Below, piece by piece: positions 15,297 to 23,530 of a DNA stretch of 32,000 nucleotides. Source of the stretch: Bdellovibrionales bacterium (GTDB taxonomy: Bacteria > Bdellovibrionota > Bdellovibrionia > Bdellovibrionales > UBA1609). The stretch's first letter is position 1. Each line of letters opens with the position of its first letter. Below the pieces are notes generated by a model. The model did not search any database. It worked only from the letters and a program-made list of their open reading frames with translations, and was not told the origin of the DNA. The stretch covers positions 30,001-62,000 of the forward strand of contig OY843585.1 of assembly GCA_963692945.1 (NCBI GenBank), written 5' to 3'. The translations under genes and the position numbers were made by a program.

Positions 15297-17537
15297 TCAA
15301 AGAAAGGAATGGTAGAGACGAAATAAACTTGTTAATAAATGAGCCGATTGAATCTTATCCTCATTATCTAATAATTGTTTTAATGAAATCCAGTGTAATC
15401 TGTTGTTTTTCAATGGATTGACTTCCACAACAAAAGGGTAAACTATCTCTGGCGTAATTCCCATACTTACTCTGTAATCCGATCCTAAAGGAGATATATT
15501 GTTTATCTTTACTTTAAAATCTTTCTCTAACTGATGAGTTGAATATTCTCTAGCCAATGTCATTGTACTTTTATCTTTTGGAATACGATAAGCAGGTACG
15601 GTGGGAAGAATAGAATTCTTATTAAATATTTGAGGGATAGGAAGATCTCTTACCTCTAATCCTACATATATTTCCCCATTAGACTTAAAAACAGGAATAA
15701 AAGAAACAGTGTGATGCGAAACATGTTTAGGTAAAACATATTCTAATGGATAGGTATTAACAGTAAATCCTCTGCTATTGATTTCTAAAAATTCCCCTAC
15801 CTTAACGTCAGCATAATCTACTTTTTGTTTTGTAGATACCCATGACTGTTTTTTCTTCATTCCTTCAAAAGAAAAAACATTAGATAATTTAGGAAGAGGT
15901 ATTTCTTTTAAAGAAATAGTATCTCCTATCCACTCTTCAAATGAAAGATTGTTGTATTTAAGCAATCTGTATATATTGATCTCTAACCGTGAATCAAAAG
16001 CTCCTCCCACTTGAAAAGCTCTTAAAGCATGCCCTGCTTCTGTATAAGTAAGATGGCCTGATATATTATTGTATTTCTGTCCAATATTTACAAAATAAGG
16101 AGATATTTTTTCTGCAATAAGACCTTCAGATGAATAATAAGAATTTTCTACATGGATGTCATTTAGATCGATTTTTTTAATCAATTTATATTTTTCAACA
16201 ATTAGTTTTTTTAAAGAAGCTATTTCACTTTGATTTGTAGTGGTTACTAAAGGTTCATTAACATAACCTCCAGAGTAAACATCTCTTAAATGAGGCGTTT
16301 CTAGATTAGCATTTATAATTCCTCTAGGGTATCCTTTACGACTTACAATATAAAGCTTATTTTCATTTTTAAAATAAGGAATGACATCAATCACAGGAAA
16401 AGGACGTTCTATAATTTGTAAAACTTCTTTTGTATCTTTATTTTGCATATATTTTATTTTTAAATAACTAGAGTCTTTAGATAAACTTCTTTTTTCATAA
16501 ATTTTTACACCTTCATCCTCATTAACCTTTTCTCCTATAGTTAAAATTTTTGTAGGAGGATAAGGAATAGGATTTCCATTTGTATCTTGTAACTTTATTT
16601 TATCTTCAAATCGGTTTTTATATATCCATTCATTGTAAATAGGTCTTGAAACTAAAATTCTCATTTGATTCATCCTATAAATTTCTTCTATTTGATTTTG
16701 TGACATATAAAGATACTCTTCTTTTATTTCTGCTTTCCAGTTAGATAAATAATCTTTATGATGGAGAAATTCTACAATAGTGCGAAGATCTAATTCTATA
16801 GTACTCCATTTTTTATTTTTCTGAATTATTTTATAAGGTATGGAATCTTTATGAATGCTACTACGAAATTCTTTTGCAAAAAGTTTAAATATCTGAAAGG
16901 TAGATAACTCTGTAAGTTTTTGATTACCTTTACCATCATCATTTCTTAATTTTAATTGTGCCGTAAGAGAGCCTTTAGGAATTACAAAATCCCTTAGCAT
17001 AAAAATACCACCATTTTTTAATTGTTCTATTTGATTAAAAAAGGCTTTAATCCCTTCAAGTAAACTATAACCTTCACCAGAAAAACTTGTTACATGATGA
17101 ATAACTGAAGAATTAATAATAGCATCTAAAGAATTATCAGGAAATATTTTTTTAGAAATATCTCCCTGTTTATAACTTAAATTGTCCGCTTCATATTTGC
17201 TACTAGCATTTTCTACCATTTTTGGATCAATATCTACACCAATGACTTTAGTATGCGGATAGGAATGAGCTATAAAATGGGTGGCTTTCCCTGTTCCAGA
17301 ACCCATGTCTGCAACAACTCCTTCGTTTGGAAGATAAAAAGACATCATAGCCATTTTTTCTAAATCCATTCGTGGAGGCGACTTTAAATAATGCTTTAAA
17401 TTCCCTTTACTGATTGCATATTTTCTAGGTATTTTTGTTAAAAAACTATCTTTACAAAGTTGAGACGATAGAGATAGAAAAGGAAATAAAAGAAGAGCAA
17501 TTAAAAGGGTTTTCATAGAAATATAATGCATTATCAT
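15297..17537 (-). CDS. Signal-peptide-bearing class I SAM-dependent methyltransferase fused to a ~500-aa duplicated domain of unknown function (possibly degenerate Nudix folds)
   Basis: 746 aa. The N-terminus MKTLLIALLLFPFLSLSSQ looks like a Sec signal. The methyltransferase motifs are motif I VVADMGSGTGKATHF, motif II KVIGVDIDPKMVENA, DAIINSSVIHHV and NGGIFMLRDF. Residues ~380-540 and ~595-746 align to each other: VIDVIPYFKNENKLYIV with TVSFIPVFKSNGEIYVG, YYSSEGLIAEKISPYFV with YRVSMGITPEIVYPFVV, and DSRLEINIYRLL with SAHLLTSLFRLY. Confidence 0.7.
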   Translation of the reverse strand: MIMHYISMKTLLIALLLFPFLSLSSQLCKDSFLTKIPRKYAISKGNLKHYLKSPPRMDLEKMAMMSFYLPNEGVVADMGSGTGKATHFIAHSYPHTKVIGVDIDPKMVENASSKYEADNLSYKQGDISKKIFPDNSLDAIINSSVIHHVTSFSGEGYSLLEGIKAFFNQIEQLKNGGIFMLRDFVIPKGSLTAQLKLRNDDGKGNQKLTELSTFQIFKLFAKEFRSSIHKDSIPYKIIQKNKKWSTIELDLRTIVEFLHHKDYLSNWKAEIKEEYLYMSQNQIEEIYRMNQMRILVSRPIYNEWIYKNRFEDKIKLQDTNGNPIPYPPTKILTIGEKVNEDEGVKIYEKRSLSKDSSYLKIKYMQNKDTKEVLQIIERPFPVIDVIPYFKNENKLYIVSRKGYPRGIINANLETPHLRDVYSGGYVNEPLVTTTNQSEIASLKKLIVEKYKLIKKIDLNDIHVENSYYSSEGLIAEKISPYFVNIGQKYNNISGHLTYTEAGHALRAFQVGGAFDSRLEINIYRLLKYNNLSFEEWIGDTISLKEIPLPKLSNVFSFEGMKKKQSWVSTKQKVDYADVKVGEFLEINSRGFTVNTYPLEYVLPKHVSHHTVSFIPVFKSNGEIYVGLEVRDLPIPQIFNKNSILPTVPAYRIPKDKSTMTLAREYSTHQLEKDFKVKINNISPLGSDYRVSMGITPEIVYPFVVEVNPLKNNRLHWISLKQLLDNEDKIQSAHLLTSLFRLYHSFL

Positions 17538-17774
17538 CCTACAGTGTTTTTTTACAATTCAAATTAAAAAGAATAATTACAGATAAATATCTTAAAATTA
17601 AAAATATTTTTCATAAAAATTCCCTGATTTGCAGTTGAATTATAACATAGCAAGCCCATTGCAAATAAAGATATTTATAGATTGAATTTTTTACACTTTT
17701 ATATAGTAGTTGTTTAAAAAAAATACAATCTAATTTATTATTTAAAATGTCTCTTACTATTGATTCTTATTTTC

Positions 17775-18974
17775 TCAATTATAAGAAAGACCTTCTTTAA
17801 CATTTAATTTGTAAGCTCTTCTGGCTGGTGCAAAAGATGAAAAAAGAACAACAATTAAACTAGAAATAAATATAAAAAGAAAGTCTTGAACTTTCCATTG
17901 CAAAACAAATTTATTCACTTGATACACTTCTTCAGGAATAAAATTCCATTGATCCTGTAAAAAAATTAAACCATAACAGATAGCCCAACCCAGCAACAAA
18001 CCTAAACAAGTTCCTACAAAACCAAGAATAAAACCATTTAATAAAAAAAGATTTCTAATAAAAGATGGTTTCGCTCCCATAGATTTCAAAATACTTATAT
18101 CTTTTGTTTTCTTAAACACTTGAATAAATAAAGAACTCGAAACATTAAACCCTGCTGCAAAAATAAGTATCAACAAAACTAAAAATATAATTTTTCTATC
18201 CATATTTATAATTTCAAAAAATCTTCTATCTATATCCTTCCAAGAGTAAATAATATAACCTTTCCTTTTTAACTTTTCTTTCATTTCCTGAACCAATGTG
18301 TCTGCTTCACGACTATTTTTTAACCACAAACGAATCCCTGAAATTTTTTCATCTTGTTTTTCTAAAGATTGTAAAGAAGAAAGAGACATCAATACATAAC
18401 GAGAATTAAAGTCGTAACGACCAAAATCTCCTATAGCTCCCACCTTGAATAATTTTTGTTTTCTAGAAAAATAAGAACTTGTATCACCAGATAAAATCAT
18501 AGGCACAGAAGAGCCAACATCTATATCCAGTTCTTTAGCTAAAGATTTACCCACAATCAAAAAATCTTTAGAATTTTTAATGCTTCCTTCTAAAATCCTA
18601 TTTTGAAGAAATTGAGAATGTCTCCATTTATCATCTTCTACACCCTCAATAAACAAACCTTTAAACTGTTTGGAGTGTAAAATTAAACCTTCAGAAGACA
18701 AAAAAACCATTTTATCTTTTATCAAATGATTGTAAGGAGAAATATCATTTACAACTTGCTCTTGGGTTTTATCTTTCTCTAAAGACACAATGATATGACC
18801 ACTCATATCTACAATGGCCTTCTCTAAACCTAAAGAAAAACCATTGACAGCTAATAAAGCTGTGGTTAAAGAAGCCACTCCTAAAATCAAACTCAATAAA
18901 CTAAATAAAGTACTAAATTGAAAAATATTTCTAGGTGTTAATAAAATTCTTTTTAACCAAAGCCAATAAAACAT
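17775..18974 (-). CDS. Lipoprotein-releasing system permease, LolC/LolE (FtsX/MacB-type) family
   Basis: 399 aa. An N-terminal TM helix is followed by a large periplasmic domain and then three C-terminal TM helices of the FtsX type (ISILKSMGAKPSFIRNLFLLNGFILGF). Only one permease gene is present, so it may act as a homodimeric LolF-like partner of LolD. Confidence 0.85.
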   Translation of the reverse strand: MFYWLWLKRILLTPRNIFQFSTLFSLLSLILGVASLTTALLAVNGFSLGLEKAIVDMSGHIIVSLEKDKTQEQVVNDISPYNHLIKDKMVFLSSEGLILHSKQFKGLFIEGVEDDKWRHSQFLQNRILEGSIKNSKDFLIVGKSLAKELDIDVGSSVPMILSGDTSSYFSRKQKLFKVGAIGDFGRYDFNSRYVLMSLSSLQSLEKQDEKISGIRLWLKNSREADTLVQEMKEKLKRKGYIIYSWKDIDRRFFEIINMDRKIIFLVLLILIFAAGFNVSSSLFIQVFKKTKDISILKSMGAKPSFIRNLFLLNGFILGFVGTCLGLLLGWAICYGLIFLQDQWNFIPEEVYQVNKFVLQWKVQDFLFIFISSLIVVLFSSFAPARRAYKLNVKEGLSYN

Positions 18975-18977
18975 AAT

Positions 18978-20091
18978 TTACATCACCCTACTTTTTAAAT
19001 AAGATTCAATAAAAAAATCAATATCCCCATCTAAAACCTCTTTAGGGTTTGTATGCTCTATTTGAAATCTATGGTCTTTGACCATTTGATAAGGATGTAA
19101 AATATAAGAACGGATTTGACTCCCCCACTCATTCGCTTTTTTAGAAGATTCTCTTTCTACTCTTTCTTGTTCCTTTTTCTCCATTTCTTTTTTATGTAAA
19201 GCCGCTTTTAACATTTTCATAGCTTTATCTTTATTGGCATGCTGGCTTCTTTGGTTTTGACATTGCACAACTATTCCCGATGGCAAATGAGTGATACGAA
19301 CAGCAGAATCTGTTTTGTTCACATGCTGCCCTCCTGCTCCACCCGATCGGTAAGTATCTATTCTTAATTCCTCAGGGTTGACACTCACTTCTAATTGGTC
19401 ATCAATATCAGGCCAAGAAGAAACAGAAGCAAAACTTGTATGCCTTCGGGAATTGGAATCAAAAGGACTGATACGAACCAAACGATGAACACCGGATTCC
19501 CCTTGCAAATAACCATAGCTATAAGCTCCTTTGATTAAAAGAGTGACAGATTTAATTCCTGCCTCCTCCCCTTCAGTTAGAGATAAAACTTCCATCTGAT
19601 AGTTTCGCCTTTCAGCCCATCTAAGATACATACGATATAAAATATAAGCCCAATCCGCCGCTTCTGTTCCTCCAGAACCAGAATGAATAGATAAATAAGC
19701 ATTGTTCAAATCATTTTCTTTATTTAACAATCCTGCAATCTCTTGTTTTTGCACCTGAGAAGATAGTTTTTTTAAATCCTCTTTATATTGTAAAAAAGAT
19801 TTTTCATCTTTTTCTTCTCCTATAAGATCTAAAAGGACAACATGGTCATCAATGGATTCTTTAAGGGTCTTCCACTCTGTTATAATTTTTTCTAATTGAG
19901 TTTTTTCTTGATTAAGTTTTTGAAGTTTTTTGTGGTCTTGCCAAACTTCTGGCTTCTTCATCTCTTCATTTAGTTCTTTGAGTTTTGCTTTTTTACCCTC
20001 TACATCAAAGACACCTCCGCAAGTCATCCGCTCTATACTTCAACTTCTCTAAAAGATCTTTAACTTCCACTAATTCTGCTACTAAAGACAT
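18978..20091 (-). CDS. prfB: Peptide chain release factor 2, expressed through a programmed +1 frameshift: join(20008..20091, 18978..20006) on the minus strand
   Basis: The track ORF (18978..20027) lacks the true N-terminus. Frame 0 starts at the ATG at 20089-20091 (SD GGGAGGA upstream) and encodes MSLVAELVEVKDLLEKLKYRADDLRRCL before stopping at TGA (20005-20007). The sequence GGAGG TGT CTT TGA T matches the E. coli prfB shift site AGGGGG TAT CTT TGA C. The +1 frame continues DVEGKKAKL... and carries the SPF and GGQ motifs. Confidence 0.93.
20002..20019 (-). promoter_or_regulatory. prfB: prfB autoregulatory +1 frameshift site (internal SD-like GGAGG, 3-nt spacer, CUU UGA)
   Basis: The plus strand reads acatcaaagacacctccg, which reverse-complements to CGGAGGTGTCTTTGATGT on the minus strand. 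The in-frame TGA is at 20005-20007 and the slippery CTT at 20008-20010. Confidence 0.9.
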
Positions 20092-20093
20092 TT

Positions 20094-20543
20094 TTATCCT
20101 CCCTTAAATTGATTTTGCCATTCTTGAAAAATACAATCTTGTATCTCAAACATTTTACGGGCTGCTTCTCCACCTTCTTCATGATGAAATCCTAACAAAT
20201 GTAATACACCATGTAAAACTAAGTAAATGGTTTCTTCCTCAAAGGTCAAATTATGTTCTACACATTGGCTTCTGATTTTCTCTTCAGAAAGAGCCAACTC
20301 CCCTAAATACTCTTTTTCCATAGGAGCAAAGCTTAACACATCTGTCGTATAATTTTTATTAAGAAAAGTGTTATTTAAATCTTTCATAGAATCTTCAGAT
20401 ACAAAAGTAATAATTAGTTTCTTATTAAAAGAAGATGGAATAACCTTTTTTTGAATTAAGCTCTTTTTTACAAATTCTACAGATTGTGAAAAAAAATCTA
20501 AAGAAATAGGGCTTTCTTCTGGATTGATAAGTTCTACCTGCAT
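20094..20543 (-). CDS. ybeY: rRNA maturation endoribonuclease YbeY
   Basis: 149 aa with the zinc-binding motif HGVLHLLGFHHE (HxxxHxxxxxH). Confidence 0.9.
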   Translation of the reverse strand: MQVELINPEESPISLDFFSQSVEFVKKSLIQKKVIPSSFNKKLIITFVSEDSMKDLNNTFLNKNYTTDVLSFAPMEKEYLGELALSEEKIRSQCVEHNLTFEEETIYLVLHGVLHLLGFHHEEGGEAARKMFEIQDCIFQEWQNQFKGG

Positions 20544-22138
20544 TTCGCTTCCATTCCATTTGATTTTCTTCTAATAAAAAGATGTACAAATTCATAAGCC
20601 ATAGCTTGTTTAAAAATAAGTCCAGAACCAATATAGAGAACAGACCCCAAAAGTAAAACTAAAAAAAGAGAAATAAATTGAGACCACCAAACAGATAAAA
20701 ACGCACTCTGGAACTCATAGAGATAACTATAACAATAAATAGAAGCTGTTAGAAGTAAAAGACTAGGTATGAGCTTTAATAAAAAAAGTCCTGTCACAGA
20801 AAAACGAATCACTCCTATATAACGAAACATTAAACCTGATAAAACAAAAACATAAAGTATAGAAGAAAGAGCTGTTGACCAAATCAAACCTGTCAAACCA
20901 TAGTTTACAGTTAAAAACCAAGCCAGTATCCCATGAGATAAAACATAAATACCATTTGCAAAAGCTCCATGCCAATTTTTATTAACAGCAAAAAAACAAG
21001 AAGAAAAAATACGACCGATAGATGAAAAAATGAGAACAAGAGAATAGATTTTTAAAATCAAAACTGTTTGTGCAACAGCCTCTTGATTAAATTCTCCTCT
21101 TTGAAAAAGAACTTTAACAATAGGCTCTGGAATCAAATAAAAAACCAAGGCACAAGGTAAAGTTAAAAAAAGTAAAAAATTCAAATAATGCTGAGTGGTT
21201 TTCAAAAAATCAACTTGATGACCTAAAGTGTTTAGTCGTGAAAGTTCTGGAACTAAGGCCGTTCCTATACTGATCGCTATTAAAGAACGAGGAAGTTCTA
21301 AAAGTCTATCTCCATAATAGATATAAGTATGTGTTCCCTCTTCTAACCAACCTGCAAAATACAAATTGATTAAACCAATCAAAGAAAGACCTGAAAGACC
21401 TATAACAACGGGAATAAATCGCCTCAACACAGATTTAAATTCTGGAGTTTGAAAAGCAAATAACAAACGAGGCCAAAAACCTATGGAATGAATCACATAA
21501 AGAACCAAAGACAACTGGACAATCCCCCCAACAATAACAGCCCAAGCAAGAGATACGGCTGGAAAAGGCCACCAACCCTGAGGTAAAAGAGTAAAAACAA
21601 TAAGAGATAAATTGAATAAAGCGGGTGCAAGAGCTGGAACAAAAAACTTCCCAAACACTTGAGCTACAGACATAAAGTAAGAATAAGAAGCCACTAAAAA
21701 TAAATATAGGAACACAATACGACCTATCCAAATGGTTTGATCTAACTTCCCTTCCACAGAAGAATAAAAAGAATTTCCAAACAGCATTTCCATAATCTCT
21801 GGCATAAAAATCACACCTACAACTGTAAGAAAAGAAGTCACACAAAAAAGCAGTGTAAAAAGAGCTGAGGAAAGATTTTTAGTAAATTCTCTTCCATTTT
21901 GATAAAGCGACTCTGTTAAAGCAGGAGTAACACTTGCAGAAAAAGAACCTTCTCCCAAAAATCTACGAAAAAAATTAGGAAACCGAAAAGCTACAAAGAA
22001 AATATCTGTCTGGGTTCGTGAGAAAAAAGTAGCAATAAGTACATCACGAACAAAACCAAGTAAACGGCTAATTAAGGTCCCAAAGGACATTTGACCAGCC
22101 CATAAACTCACATTAGATTTTTTTTTATTCCTATTCAA
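20534..22138 (-). CDS. murJ: Lipid II flippase MurJ
   Basis: 534 aa with about 14 TM helices and the N-terminal signature GTLISRLLGFVRDVLIATFF...FFVAFRFPNFFRRFLGEGSF. The track start is a TTG at 22138 with AAGAGG upstream; the ATG at M17 (MSFGTLISR) is an alternative. The gene overlaps ybeY by 10 nt. Confidence 0.88.
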   Translation of the reverse strand: MNRNKKKSNVSLWAGQMSFGTLISRLLGFVRDVLIATFFSRTQTDIFFVAFRFPNFFRRFLGEGSFSASVTPALTESLYQNGREFTKNLSSALFTLLFCVTSFLTVVGVIFMPEIMEMLFGNSFYSSVEGKLDQTIWIGRIVFLYLFLVASYSYFMSVAQVFGKFFVPALAPALFNLSLIVFTLLPQGWWPFPAVSLAWAVIVGGIVQLSLVLYVIHSIGFWPRLLFAFQTPEFKSVLRRFIPVVIGLSGLSLIGLINLYFAGWLEEGTHTYIYYGDRLLELPRSLIAISIGTALVPELSRLNTLGHQVDFLKTTQHYLNFLLFLTLPCALVFYLIPEPIVKVLFQRGEFNQEAVAQTVLILKIYSLVLIFSSIGRIFSSCFFAVNKNWHGAFANGIYVLSHGILAWFLTVNYGLTGLIWSTALSSILYVFVLSGLMFRYIGVIRFSVTGLFLLKLIPSLLLLTASIYCYSYLYEFQSAFLSVWWSQFISLFLVLLLGSVLYIGSGLIFKQAMAYEFVHLFIRRKSNGMEAKCR

Positions 22139-22211
22139 AATACCTCTTGCCCATAAACTGAAAATGATGTTAGATTTCCTCTAATTTAATTCAATCACTG
22201 AGGAGGTCCTT

Positions 22212-22481
22212 TTGGCAAACCACAAATCTGCTAAAAAACGTATCCGTTCTACAAAAAGAAAAACTCAAATCAACAAACCTATTGTATCTCATTTAAGAAC
22301 CTGTCAGAAGATACTAGAAAAAGACTTAAAAAATAAGAATGTCAAAGCTCTTGAACAAGGTCTTAAAACTCTTTTTCAAGCTGCTGATAGAGCGGAAAAA
22401 AAAGGTGTGATAAAAAAGAACACAGCCAATCGCAATAAATCTCGCTTTGCTCATAAAGTGAATAACCTTCTATCCTCCTAA
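22212..22481 (+). CDS. rpsT: 30S ribosomal protein S20
   Basis: 89 aa, beginning (M)ANHKSAKKRIRSTKRKTQINK and very basic. It has a TTG start with a strong GAGGAGG SD 6-7 nt upstream. Confidence 0.9.
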   Translation: MANHKSAKKRIRSTKRKTQINKPIVSHLRTCQKILEKDLKNKNVKALEQGLKTLFQAADRAEKKGVIKKNTANRNKSRFAHKVNNLLSS

Positions 22482-22486
22482 ATGTT

Positions 22487-23479
22487 TTAAGAACAGGCTT
22501 GAAGAAGAAAGTTTTCTAACCATATATGAGAAGATAAAGGTGAAGATTTTAGAGATTTGTCCGCCTCAAACAAAATCTCCATAACTTTTGTAATTTGACT
22601 TTCTGACCATAGCTGAGATTGCTTTGAATAACTTTGAAAAAAATAAGGAGAAATTCCTGCTAAAGCTAGAATTTTGGCTTTAGGTAGATTTCGTTTTTCT
22701 CCCTCTTGAAACTTTGCCAATATTCTCATATGACGAGCCACTAAAGCCAAAGCCCCTACCTCACTTTGATTGTTCTCCAAAAGACGAGCTAAATAATCTA
22801 GAGACTTTACCAAATCTTTTTTCCCAATAGCATCTGTCAAATCAAAAATACTATCTATCTTCATTCTAGAAACAACAGCTATTAAATCTTTTTCAGTCAC
22901 TTCTTGCCGATCACCTACATAAGTTTTTAACTTGTTCATTTCATTATAAATCTCCATTAAACCTGTCCCTACCAATTGGTTAAATAGAGATTTGGAAGAA
23001 GAAGAAAATTTTAAATTAACTTTTTTTGCTAAATAATCCATCCAAGGTGAAACTTCCCACTCCCTCAAAGTTTCTGCAGAAAGTTCTACAGCTTTTTTTT
23101 GCAAATTTTTAAAGAACTTCTTTCTCCGGTCTATTTTTTTAAAAAAACAAACAAAAACAGTTGAAGACATAGGAGATCCAACAAACGGTTCTAATTTTTC
23201 CCAATCTTGATCTTTAAAAGATTCTGCATTTTGACAAAAAACCAATCGTTTTTCAGACATAACAGGAAGGGTTTCCAAAATAGATATTAAATTTCCCATA
23301 TTGAGTTGCTTAACATCGATATCATCTTGATTAAAATCAGCCATTCCCTCTTCCTGATGAACATGCTTTACAAAAGTTTTCCGAATTTCAGAGATCAGAT
23401 AATATTCCTCCCCCACAACATAATAAAAAAATTGAAGTGGTAAAGGAGATTCCAACCAATCCATTAATTTTTGAGCCAT
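22487..23479 (-). CDS. holA: DNA polymerase III delta subunit
   Basis: 330 aa. The N-terminal FYYVVGEEYYLISEI matches the HolA pattern YLLyGeE.fL, and the length and helical C-terminal domain also fit. Confidence 0.7.
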   Translation of the reverse strand: MAQKLMDWLESPLPLQFFYYVVGEEYYLISEIRKTFVKHVHQEEGMADFNQDDIDVKQLNMGNLISILETLPVMSEKRLVFCQNAESFKDQDWEKLEPFVGSPMSSTVFVCFFKKIDRRKKFFKNLQKKAVELSAETLREWEVSPWMDYLAKKVNLKFSSSSKSLFNQLVGTGLMEIYNEMNKLKTYVGDRQEVTEKDLIAVVSRMKIDSIFDLTDAIGKKDLVKSLDYLARLLENNQSEVGALALVARHMRILAKFQEGEKRNLPKAKILALAGISPYFFQSYSKQSQLWSESQITKVMEILFEADKSLKSSPLSSHIWLENFLLQACS

Positions 23480-23530
23480 TTTAAGTCCCTTATTGCTTAT
23501 TCTTTCACTATACTACAAAATGGTAAGACA

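Noticed and set aside
11882-17537. Prophage remnant interpretation of the island (tail-fibre-like gene plus phage-like methyltransferase)
   Set aside because: No capsid, terminase, portal, baseplate, integrase or repressor genes are present in the window. The fibre has a membrane-anchor-type N-terminus rather than a phage baseplate-attachment domain. The idea survives only as a possible evolutionary origin.
20425-21845. Same-strand alternate-frame ORFs (20425-20631, 20763-20975, 21435-21845) within ybeY and murJ
   Set aside because: Their Cys/Phe-rich translations are typical of out-of-frame reading of membrane-protein genes, whereas the murJ and ybeY frames have family motifs.
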